From an uncultured Bacillota bacterium (GTDB lineage: Bacteria > Sysuimicrobiota > Sysuimicrobiia > Sysuimicrobiales > Segetimicrobiaceae): DNA of 64,000 nucleotides. The stretch is from positions 416,001 to 480,000 of the forward strand of contig CAWDRG010000015.1 in the NCBI GenBank assembly GCA_963804645.1. Reading direction: 5' to 3'. Below are positions 10,354-18,928 of the stretch, piece after piece. The notes under the pieces were generated by a model. That model had not been told where the DNA came from and did no database searches. It worked only from the letters and a program-made list of their open reading frames with translations. Every line of letters starts with the position of its first letter. Positions within the stretch are counted from its first letter, which is position 1. Made by a program: the position numbers and the translations under genes.

Positions 10354-11292
10354 GTGATGGGGCAGCGGGGCGCTGAGGTCGGCGGGGGATTCGTTCGCGA
10401 GGGGGCGCCGAGACATATGCCTGGACCGAAGCCGCATCGGACGCAGCAGCTGCTCAACGTGGCCGTGTGGGCCGTCGGCATGATCTTCGCCGTGACGTGG
10501 GCCGTGCCGCTGATTCAAATGGTCACCACGTCGATCAAGCCGCCGGGCGAGGTGTTGACGCACGCGCTGTCATGGGTGCCCCTGCATCCCACCCTGCAGC
10601 CCTACGTCGATGTCTTCAAGAAGCCGGTGCTCGGATGGCTGATGAACAGCCTCGTGGTGACACTGACGTCCACCCTGGTCAGCCTGATGACCGGTGCGAT
10701 GGCCGGGTACGCGCTGGCCCGGCTCAACTTTCCGGGCCGGCAGTTTGTGTTTTGGGCCGTGCTCATCGTCCTCATGATCCCGGGCGAAATGACCATCGTG
10801 CCGCTGTTTATCGGTGCGCTCAGGACGGGCCTGTTGAACCGGACCCTCACCTACACGTGGATCGCGATGATCATCCCGCAAGTCGCGAGCGCCTTCAGCG
10901 TCTATTTGTTCCGCAACTTCTTCCTGTCGCTGCCGATCGAATTGGAAGACTCCGCGGCCATCGACGGGGCGAACCGGTTTCGAATTTTCGTGTCGCTCGC
11001 GCTGCCGTTGGCACGACCGGCCATGGTCGCGGCCGCGATCCTGCTCTTCGCCAGTTATTGGAATACGTTCTTGTGGCCGCTGCTCATCTCGTTTCAGGAC
11101 AGCATGAAAACACTTCCCGTGGGCATGCTGATCTTCAGCCCCGGCGGCATCGGGGGAGGCCCGACCGACATCAATGCGTACGATACGGTCATGGCCGCCA
11201 TGACCGTGCTGGCCATACCTACCCTGGTCGCGTTTCTGCTGCTGCAGCGGCACTTTATCGAAGGTGTGACCGGCGCAGGAATCAAGGGGTAG
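10354..11292 (+). CDS. Carbohydrate ABC transporter permease
   Basis: AGYALARLNFPGR, LPIELEDSAAIDGA EAA loop, WNTFLWPL, QRHFIEG. Confidence 0.92.
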   Translation: MMGQRGAEVGGGFVREGAPRHMPGPKPHRTQQLLNVAVWAVGMIFAVTWAVPLIQMVTTSIKPPGEVLTHALSWVPLHPTLQPYVDVFKKPVLGWLMNSLVVTLTSTLVSLMTGAMAGYALARLNFPGRQFVFWAVLIVLMIPGEMTIVPLFIGALRTGLLNRTLTYTWIAMIIPQVASAFSVYLFRNFFLSLPIELEDSAAIDGANRFRIFVSLALPLARPAMVAAAILLFASYWNTFLWPLLISFQDSMKTLPVGMLIFSPGGIGGGPTDINAYDTVMAAMTVLAIPTLVAFLLLQRHFIEGVTGAGIKG

Positions 11293-11297
11293 CCTGG

Positions 11298-12342
11298 ATG
11301 ACCTCGGTACTCGGGAGCGCGGCGGCCGTCTACCGCGACCCATTCGCGTACTGTTCTCATCCGAGCATCGTGCGGCTGTCGACTGGGGAGTGGCTGGTCG
11401 CGTTCATGGAGAGCGTCCGTCGGGCGGAGATCCTGCACAGTCCGGCGGATCCTCGGTTCTACAACGTGCTGACGCGCTCTGCCGATGAGGGTCGGACGTG
11501 GTCGGCCCCGACCGTGGCGCCCGGGTTCGACTGGTACGGCGTCGAGTGCCCGAGCCTCACGCTGCGGCGCGCCGGCGAGGTGCTGTTGTTCCAGTGGCGA
11601 TGGCGCTGGACCCCGAGGTCGACCGACGCAGCGCGCCCGCTCGGGCGGTACGAGCACCCCGGCTATCCGTGGGTCCGCGGGTGCGACGGCGCGTACGTCC
11701 ACCGGTCGCGGGACGGCGGGCGGACGTGGGAGATCGGACGGCGCATCGAGACGGAGCCGTTTGCCGGCGCGTACACGATCCGCGCCGCCGCCGAGCTTGC
11801 CGACGGCACCCTGCTGTACGCCGTCACGGACATCCCGCACTGGCGCCAGATCTATCTGCTGCGGTCCGTCGACGGCGGGAGCGCGTGGCGGGTCGGCGCG
11901 CTGATCGCCTCGGATCCGCAGCGGCAGTTTTCCGAGCCCGCGATCGTGCGCATCGGACCGCGCCTGCTGGTGCTGATGCGCGAGGAGGTAACCGGCTTTC
12001 TTCATCAAGCCTCCTCCGAGGACGGTGGCGCGACCTGGACGTCCCCGCAGGCGACGCCGATGTGGGGCGGTCCTCCGCACGTGCTCGACCTCGACGACGG
12101 GCGACTTCCTGTGCGTGTACGGGCGGCGCCGCGCGCCGTACGGCATCCGGGGCTGCGTCAGCGCCGACGGCGGCGCGACGTGGGACATCGAGCGCGAGGT
12201 GATCCTGCGCGACGACCTGCCGAACGGCGATCTCGGCTACCCGTCGTCGATCCTGGTGTCGCCGGGCCGGGTGTACACGGTCTACTACGGGCGTGACCAT
12301 GAGGGCGTGACGCACGTGCAGGGCCAGCAGTACGCGGTGTAG
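11298..12342 (+). CDS. BNR/Asp-box sialidase-fold protein, frameshifted near 12105
   Basis: Five Asp-boxes (SADEGRTW, SRDGGRTW, SVDGGSAW, SEDGGATW, SADGGATW) and DLGYPSS; no signal peptide. Confidence 0.85.
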
Positions 12343-12421
12343 GCGCCGGCGGCCAACTCCGGCGGCGCCGTCGAGCGGGGGCGGTTTGCCGACCCCGAGA
12401 CCTGAACAAAGGAGCGTGACG

Positions 12422-13588
12422 ATGTACCGAGTGGTCGATCTGAAGCGCGTGCACGTATACGGAGATCCGAACAATTTCTGCGCCGAGGTGTCGGTCGCCA
12501 ATCTGGGCGGCGGCGAGCTCGTCGGCGTGCTGGCGCAAAACCGCGGCCTCGTCCACACAGACACGGGGACGATTCTCCTCGTGCGGTCGAAAGATCACGG
12601 CCGCACCTGGGATCCGGCGTCTAAAGTGGTGGTGCTGGCCGAGGAAGAGGATGCTGGGTGGAACGTCGCCGCGGTGTGCCGTCTCGCCGACGGGACCTTG
12701 CTCGCGCACGCGAATCGCTGGCGCTACCTGCTCAACGGGCGCATCGACTCGAAATACGGGCAGTCGGAGATCGACGGCGTGTGGCTGACCCGATCGACGG
12801 ACAAGGGGTACACGTGGAGCGCGCCGGAGCGCGTCAACTTCGCGCCGATGCGAAACGCGCGGGTCCGCGACGCGATCGTGGAGCTGCCGAACGGGGACCT
12901 CATTCTGCCCCTGCACGGGTTTCGCTGGCAGCGCACGCATCCGGACATCTCGAGTTCCGAGCGCGAGCGGTCGTTCGTCCTGTGGTCGCCCAACAAGGGC
13001 AAGTCCTGGCACTACTACGGGACGATGGGCTATGATCCGGCCGAGATCATCCACTACCACGAGCCGGGCTTGGTGCGCCTGCACGACGGCCGCCTGCTCG
13101 GGGTGATGCGCACGCAGCGCTGGCCGTCCCCGGCCGATCCCGGCGAGCAGATGGGCCCCCCGAGCGGGTACATTTACACCGCCCTCTCCGAGGACGACGG
13201 CATGTCGTGGAGCTGGCCGAAGACCACGAAGCTGTGGGGCTACCCCAGCGACGCGATCACGCTCCAGGACGGCGCGGTGGTCGCCGCGTACAGCTACCGC
13301 ACGAAGCCGATGGGCGTGCGGATCGCGGTCTCGCCCGACGGGGAGCGTTGGTCCCAGGACGACGTCTTCACGCTCGCATCCTACGACCCCGCGAAGGTGC
13401 ACCCGGTATTCCCCACGTGGCAGGGAGAGCCGCTGAACTCGATCATCCAGCGGGGTGTGCTCTGGCACATCGGATACCCGAGCTCGATCCTGCTCGACGA
13501 CGGAAGCGTCTTTACCGGCTATCACCTCTTTAATGAGGCCGGCCGGCAGTACGTGGAAGGCGCGATCTACCGCATCGAAAAGAAGTAG
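12422..13588 (+). CDS. BNR/Asp-box sialidase-fold protein
   Basis: SKDHGRTW, STDKGYTW, SPNKGKSW, SEDDGMSW, SPDGERW Asp-boxes; IGYPSS; RBS AGGAG. Confidence 0.88.
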   Translation: MYRVVDLKRVHVYGDPNNFCAEVSVANLGGGELVGVLAQNRGLVHTDTGTILLVRSKDHGRTWDPASKVVVLAEEEDAGWNVAAVCRLADGTLLAHANRWRYLLNGRIDSKYGQSEIDGVWLTRSTDKGYTWSAPERVNFAPMRNARVRDAIVELPNGDLILPLHGFRWQRTHPDISSSERERSFVLWSPNKGKSWHYYGTMGYDPAEIIHYHEPGLVRLHDGRLLGVMRTQRWPSPADPGEQMGPPSGYIYTALSEDDGMSWSWPKTTKLWGYPSDAITLQDGAVVAAYSYRTKPMGVRIAVSPDGERWSQDDVFTLASYDPAKVHPVFPTWQGEPLNSIIQRGVLWHIGYPSSILLDDGSVFTGYHLFNEAGRQYVEGAIYRIEKK

Positions 13589-13597
13589 GAGGGGCCG

Positions 13598-14332
13598 ATG
13601 CCGCGGCGATTGAGCACCGAGGAGCTCCAGGCGCTCGGGCGCCTGAGCACGCCCACGCTCTCCAATGCCATCGAGACGTTTGACGTGCGCCCGCACAACG
13701 AAGGGTTTGCGGGACCCGAGATCCGGGCCGTGTTCCCGGAGCTCGGGGCGATGGTGGGCTACGCCTGCACGCTGCGGGTCGCCGCCGACCGGCCGGCGCC
13801 GGCCGGCACCGGCGGCGTGCCGCTCCCGTATTGGTCGTACGTCGCGGGCAGCCCGGGCCCGAAGGTCGTCGTCGTCCAGGATCTGGATGCGGAGCCCGTC
13901 GGCGCATTTTGGGGCGAAGTGAACGCCAACGTGCACACGGGGCTCGGGGCGGTCGGCACGGTGACGCACGGCGGCGTCCGCGACCTGGACGAAATGCGCC
14001 GGGTGGGGTTTCGCGTGTTCGCCTCGGCCGTGCTCGTGTCGCACGCCTACGTCCACGTGGTCGACTTCGGCGGGCCCGTGCAGATCGGCCGCCTGACCGT
14101 CTCGCCCGGAGACCTGATTTGCGCCGATCAGCACGGCGTCTTGGTGGTGCCGCCGGACATCGCGCCGGAGCTCGGCCGGGTCGCCTCCGAGATCGAGCGG
14201 CTCGAGCACGAAATTATCAGCTGCGCCCGCGGCTCCGCGTTCACGCCCGAGCGGCTGGCGGAGGTGTGGATCAGCGCCGTGTCGCGCTGGCCGGCGCCCA
14301 GGCGGCGCGGCGCCGCGCCGGAGCAGCCGTGA
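13598..14332 (+). CDS. RraA-family protein (HMG/CHA aldolase-like)
   Basis: AFWGEVNA, GGVRD, V-x-PGDLI-x-AD-x-HGV motifs. Confidence 0.88.
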   Translation: MPRRLSTEELQALGRLSTPTLSNAIETFDVRPHNEGFAGPEIRAVFPELGAMVGYACTLRVAADRPAPAGTGGVPLPYWSYVAGSPGPKVVVVQDLDAEPVGAFWGEVNANVHTGLGAVGTVTHGGVRDLDEMRRVGFRVFASAVLVSHAYVHVVDFGGPVQIGRLTVSPGDLICADQHGVLVVPPDIAPELGRVASEIERLEHEIISCARGSAFTPERLAEVWISAVSRWPAPRRRGAAPEQP

Positions 14333-15285
14333 CGGCCGCGGTGCGGACCTACCGGCCGGACGACTTCGAGGCGCTGCGCGACCTGATCAACGCCGGCGGG
14401 GGGCCGCGCGTGATGACGGATACCGCGCTGCGGGAGTTTCTGGACTATCCGTGGTTTGCGCCCGAGACCGATCTGTTCGTCGTCCCGGCGGACGGCGGGC
14501 CCGGCCTGGCCGGTGCCCGCGACATCCGGGTGTGGGCGCGCGGAGACGAGCCGGTGCCGATCCTCGAGTCGTGGGGCGCCCGGGACGAGCGGCTGGGGGA
14601 CGGGCAGGCATCGGCGCTGTTCCGAGCGATGCTGGCACGGGCCGGGCAGATCGTGACCGCGCGCGGTGCGGACCGGGGGACCGTGCAGGTGCGCTGCGAC
14701 ACGAACGACACCCGCGCCATCGCGCTGTTCGAGTCGTTCGGCCTGCGGCCGGCGCGGGTGCTGCTGTCGATCCTGCGGCCGACCCTCGACGGTCTGAACC
14801 CCGCGCAGTTTCCGCCCGACATCGAAGTCCGGCCGTACCGCGTCGGCCGCGACGAGGAGGCGTGGGTCCGGGCGTTCAACGAGGCGTTTGCGGACCATTG
14901 GGGCGGATTCATGGGGATGTCGCTCCCGCTCTGGAACCGCTACGTGCGGCGTCCGTGGTTCAAGCCCGAAATGAGCCTGGTGGCGTGGGACGGGGAGGAG
15001 ATCGCGGGATTCGGTCACTTCGTGATCAACGACGAGCAGAACGAGCTCACCGGGACGAAGCGGTCGCTGATGCGGTACATCGGCGTGCGACCGCGGTGGC
15101 GCGGCATCAAGCTTGGGGTCGCGCTCACCCGCGCCGGCCTGATTCAGTCGTGCGAGCGAGGCATGAAGGCATGCGCGTCGGGGGTGGATTCGGAAAACGT
15201 GCAAGGCGCGCACCATATCTACGAACGCGAAGGATTCGTGACGACGAAGCGCCACTGGCTGTACCGGACGGAGGTGCCGGTGTGA
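14329..15285 (+). CDS. Tandem-domain GNAT acetyltransferase (MshD-like architecture)
   Basis: FNEAFADHWG, IGVRPRWRGIKLG acetyl-CoA loop, YEREGF; GTG start overlaps upstream stop. Confidence 0.85.
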   Translation: MTAAVRTYRPDDFEALRDLINAGGGPRVMTDTALREFLDYPWFAPETDLFVVPADGGPGLAGARDIRVWARGDEPVPILESWGARDERLGDGQASALFRAMLARAGQIVTARGADRGTVQVRCDTNDTRAIALFESFGLRPARVLLSILRPTLDGLNPAQFPPDIEVRPYRVGRDEEAWVRAFNEAFADHWGGFMGMSLPLWNRYVRRPWFKPEMSLVAWDGEEIAGFGHFVINDEQNELTGTKRSLMRYIGVRPRWRGIKLGVALTRAGLIQSCERGMKACASGVDSENVQGAHHIYEREGFVTTKRHWLYRTEVPV

Positions 15286-15365
15286 GTCGCGGCCGGCGAG
15301 CGTGAGGCCGCGACGGGCGCATCGGCCCTCGGATCCTCCGTGCTCCGCCGCGCACCGGGCCGGGG

Positions 15366-15415
15366 TTGTGCCCGGGAGCGCCGTTTGGTACCATTTTTGA
15401 GTGATAATCGTCACA
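15366..15415 (+). promoter_or_regulatory. Putative promoter with overlapping CRP/FNR-like site
   Basis: TTGTGC-N17-TACCAT (with extended TG) followed by AGTGA-N6-TCACA at 15400-15415. Confidence 0.45.
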
Positions 15416-15525
15416 GGTTTCTCGACCCAGCGCCCGCGAGAGTGCATCTGTCCCTAGCGGAGGTCACGAGCCTCCGCGTCCCGTTCCACCCCCTGTACTG
15501 ACAACAATCTAGGAGGTTTCTCTGT

Positions 15526-16524
15526 ATGCGAACGACCGAGCCTCGCTTGGGCGTGGTCTACGAACATCCCGAGTGGTTTGCCCCGCTCTTTGCCGAACTG
15601 GACCATCGCGGCATCCCCTATGACCGCGTGGACGTGAGCGCGCACGCGTTCGATCTCGACGTCGTCCACGTCCCCTGGGCGCTCGTGCTCAACCGGATGA
15701 GCCCCTCGGCGTACCTGCGCGGTCACGCCGCCGCGATCGTCCATGCCCGCGAGTATCTGCGCTATCTGGCCGCCAGCGGTGCCGATGTGATCAACGGCGC
15801 CGACGCATTCGCGCTCGAGACGTCCAAGGTGGCGCAGTTGCTGCTGCTGCGGCGGCTTGCGCTGCCGGCGCCGCGGACGCGGGTGATCAACGACGTCCGC
15901 CTCGCGCCGGACGCGGCGGAGGGATTCCGGTTCCCCGTTGCCGTCAAGCCGAACATCGGGGGCAGCGGCGCTGGCATTCAGCGGTACGAGACCCCCGAGG
16001 CGCTGCGGCGTGCGGTGAACGACGGCAGCCTCGATCTCGGGATCGATCGCACGGCGCTCGTGCAGGAGTTTCTTCCGGCCCGCGGCGGCCACATCGTGCG
16101 CGTCGAGGTCCTGGGCGGGCGCTTCCTGTATGCGATCAAGGTGTACCCGAATCCGGACGGATTCAACTTGTGCCCCGCGGATATCTGCCAGCCCGGCGAG
16201 GAGGTCACGGGCGGCGCGGTGTCGGCCGCGGATCTGTGCCCGATCGACCTGCCGAAGGTCGCGCTGCGCGTCGAGGCCTACACGCCGCCGGCGCCCGTGA
16301 TCGGAGCGGTGCTCGCGATCGCGCGCACCGCGGGGCTCGACATCGCGGGCGTCGAGTATTTGGTGAACGACCGCGACGGCGAGATCTACTACTACGACAT
16401 CAACGCGCTGTCCAACTTCGTCGCGAACGCGCAGGCGGTGATCGGATTCAACCCCTACGCCTCGCTGGTGGACTACGTCGCGCTGCGGGGCCGGTTCCGA
16501 GTACCCGTGCCCGCCGGCGTCTAG
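15526..16524 (+). CDS. ATP-grasp ligase, RimK/glutathione synthetase-like
   Basis: NRMSPSAYLRG, VKPNIGGSGAGI, VQEF, DINALSNF; strong RBS AGGAGG. Confidence 0.88.
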   Translation: MRTTEPRLGVVYEHPEWFAPLFAELDHRGIPYDRVDVSAHAFDLDVVHVPWALVLNRMSPSAYLRGHAAAIVHAREYLRYLAASGADVINGADAFALETSKVAQLLLLRRLALPAPRTRVINDVRLAPDAAEGFRFPVAVKPNIGGSGAGIQRYETPEALRRAVNDGSLDLGIDRTALVQEFLPARGGHIVRVEVLGGRFLYAIKVYPNPDGFNLCPADICQPGEEVTGGAVSAADLCPIDLPKVALRVEAYTPPAPVIGAVLAIARTAGLDIAGVEYLVNDRDGEIYYYDINALSNFVANAQAVIGFNPYASLVDYVALRGRFRVPVPAGV

Positions 16525-16559
16525 ACGCCCGCAAGGCCGGGCCGACCCGGGAGCCCGCC

Positions 16560-17435
16560 GTGCCTGAACTGCCGTTTTTGACGGTCTTGAGCGAGAATCT
16601 CAAGCGGCAGGTCCAGGGCCGCGAGATCCGCGAGGTGGTCGTCCGCGGCGTGTCGGCGCTCAAGACGTTCGATCCACCGATCGACCGGCTCCGCGGCGCC
16701 CGCATCACCGACGTCCGCCGCCGCGGGAAATATCTGCTGCTCGACCTGCTGCCGGACCTGGTCCTGGTGATGCATTTGATGCGCAACGGCCGGCTCCAAC
16801 TCGCCGCGGAGCCGGCGGCGGGCCGGCGCCCGTCGGGCCGCGCCGGTCGAGACGTGGCGCTCACGCTCACGCTGGACGACGGGCGTACGCTGCGCTTGAT
16901 CGAGATGGGGACGAAGAAGCGCGCCGCCGTGTGGCTGTTCCGCCGCGGCGAGGAGAGCGGGGGGCCGCTCGCGGGGTTGGGGAGCGAGCCGCTCTCCGAT
17001 GCCTTCACGCCGGCGGCGCTGGCCGAGATGCTCCGCGCCGGGCGCATGCGCCTCAAGCAGTTCCTGACGACCCAGCGCTACGTCGTCGGCATCGGCAACG
17101 CGTACGCCGACGAGATCCTGTGGGAGGCGCGCCTCTCCCCACAGGCCATGACCACGACGCTCGGGCCCGCCGAAGTCGATCGGCTGCACGCGGCGATCCG
17201 AGCGACGCTCGCTCGCGGCATCGACGGCCACCGCCAGGTCCTCGGCGACGCGCTGCCCATGAAGGAGCCGCTGCACCTGCTCTCGGTCCACCGCCACGGC
17301 AAGGAGCCGTGTCCGCGGTGCGGCGCGCCCATTGCCGTGATCTTCTACGAGGACCGTGAAACGTACTACTGTCCCGCCTGCCAGTCCGGGGGCCGGGTGT
17401 ATGCCGACCGGAGGCGGTCGCGCCTGCTCCGGTGA
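16560..17435 (+). CDS. Fpg/Nei-family DNA glycosylase/AP lyase
   Basis: N-terminal PELP, RRGKYL, HLM..G, GIGNAYADEILW H2TH motif, CPRC...CPACQ zinc finger. Confidence 0.92.
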   Translation: MPELPFLTVLSENLKRQVQGREIREVVVRGVSALKTFDPPIDRLRGARITDVRRRGKYLLLDLLPDLVLVMHLMRNGRLQLAAEPAAGRRPSGRAGRDVALTLTLDDGRTLRLIEMGTKKRAAVWLFRRGEESGGPLAGLGSEPLSDAFTPAALAEMLRAGRMRLKQFLTTQRYVVGIGNAYADEILWEARLSPQAMTTTLGPAEVDRLHAAIRATLARGIDGHRQVLGDALPMKEPLHLLSVHRHGKEPCPRCGAPIAVIFYEDRETYYCPACQSGGRVYADRRRSRLLR

Positions 17436-17513
17436 GCGCCCGGCCATCGGAGGAACGGCGGCGGCGAGCGTCGTAGCCGAGTCGCACGGAACCGTCCGCG
17501 CAGGGGGGCCGCG

Positions 17514-18896
17514 ATGGGGATCGAACGAGCCGAGGCGCGCATCGACGCGGAGTTCGAGCAGCATCTCGACCGCGTGCGAGCGTTCGTCCGCCAGCCGAGC
17601 GTCAGCGGGGAAGGCGTGGGCATGCAGGAGATGGCGCGGCTGGTCCACGACACGATCGCCGGTCTCGGGGGGCGCGGGGAGATCGTGCCGACGCCGGGCT
17701 GGCCGGTCGTGTACGGCGCGATCGACGCCGGCCGGCCGAAGACGCTGCTGCTGTACGGGATGTACGATGTCCAGCCGGTCGACGGGGAGGACTGGCAGGT
17801 GCCGCCGTTTGCCGGGGAGACCGTCAACCTGCCGGAGTTCGGGCCCAGCATCGTGGCCCGCGGGATCTACAACACCAAGGGGCCGCTCGCGGGAATGTTC
17901 AACGTGCTCGAGGCCATCCAGCGGGCGGACGGCCGCCTGCCCGTGAACGTGAAGTTCGTCGTCGAGGGCGAAGAGGAGCTGGGCAGCCGGAATCTGCCCA
18001 GGTTCGTGGAGGCGTACCGCGACAAACTCCGCGCCGACGCCACGTACTTCGCCTTCTACTGTCAGGACCGCCACGGCAAGCCGGTCCTCTGGCTCGGCGT
18101 GAAGGGAATCCAATACTTCGAAGTGGCCTGCCGCGGCGGCGTGTGGGGCGGCCCGCGCTCACGCGGCGTGCACGGGAGCAACGCGGTGTGGGTCGGGAGT
18201 CCGGCGTGGCGCCTCGTGCGCGCCCTCGCGACCATGATGGACGACGACGAGCAGATTCAGGTCGCCGGGCTGCGCGACGACGTGGTGCCGCCGAGCGCCG
18301 AGGACGAGGCGCTCCTCGGCGTCCTCGCGGAGACCTTCGACCCGGCCACGCACCTGTGGGACTGGGACGCCGGCCGGTTCAAGTATCCGCACGATCGCGC
18401 GTCGCTGCTACGCCACTATCTGTACGATCCGACGCTCAACATCGACGGCATCTGGGGCGGGTACACCGGCCCTGGGATGAAGACGCTGCTGCCGCACGAG
18501 GTGCGGGTCAAGATGGACGTGCGTCTCGTGCCGAACATGGAGCCCGAGCGGGTGCGCGAGGCGCTGCGCGCCCATCTCGCGCGGCTCGGCCGGCCGGACA
18601 TCTCGGTGCACTTCTACGACGGCTATCCCCCGGCGAAGACCAGCATCACGGAGCCGTCGGTGCAGGCGCTGCTGCGGGCGCTGCGCTCGCTCGGCCGGGA
18701 GCCGGAGGTGTGGCCCCACCTTGCCGGATCCGCGCCGTTCTATCTGTTTCGGCGGACGCTCGGCCAGCCGTTCGTGGCCGGCGGCCTCGGACACGGCGGC
18801 CGCCCCCACAGCCCGAACGAATACGCGACGATCGAGGGCATGCGTCTGTTCGAGCGGTCGGTCGCGCGCTTCTTCTACGAGTTCGCCGGCGGGTAG
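17514..18896 (+). CDS. M20/M25/M40-family metallopeptidase
   Basis: YGMYDVQP, ARG...KG, EGEEELGS, HSPNE motifs. Confidence 0.9.
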   Translation: MGIERAEARIDAEFEQHLDRVRAFVRQPSVSGEGVGMQEMARLVHDTIAGLGGRGEIVPTPGWPVVYGAIDAGRPKTLLLYGMYDVQPVDGEDWQVPPFAGETVNLPEFGPSIVARGIYNTKGPLAGMFNVLEAIQRADGRLPVNVKFVVEGEEELGSRNLPRFVEAYRDKLRADATYFAFYCQDRHGKPVLWLGVKGIQYFEVACRGGVWGGPRSRGVHGSNAVWVGSPAWRLVRALATMMDDDEQIQVAGLRDDVVPPSAEDEALLGVLAETFDPATHLWDWDAGRFKYPHDRASLLRHYLYDPTLNIDGIWGGYTGPGMKTLLPHEVRVKMDVRLVPNMEPERVREALRAHLARLGRPDISVHFYDGYPPAKTSITEPSVQALLRALRSLGREPEVWPHLAGSAPFYLFRRTLGQPFVAGGLGHGGRPHSPNEYATIEGMRLFERSVARFFYEFAGG

Positions 18897-18928
18897 ACGC
18901 GCCGCGGGCCCGTGTGAGCGCGCGCCCG

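Noticed and set aside
10467..12296. 609-aa ORF as a single fusion protein
   Set aside because: The first 277 codons are an off-frame shadow of the permease; the real gene starts at 11298
12158..14209. 683-aa minus-strand ORF and similar long antisense ORFs (e.g. 28903..30516, 16521..18113, 53645..55147)
   Set aside because: Antisense shadows of real genes, expected in high-GC DNA, with no motifs
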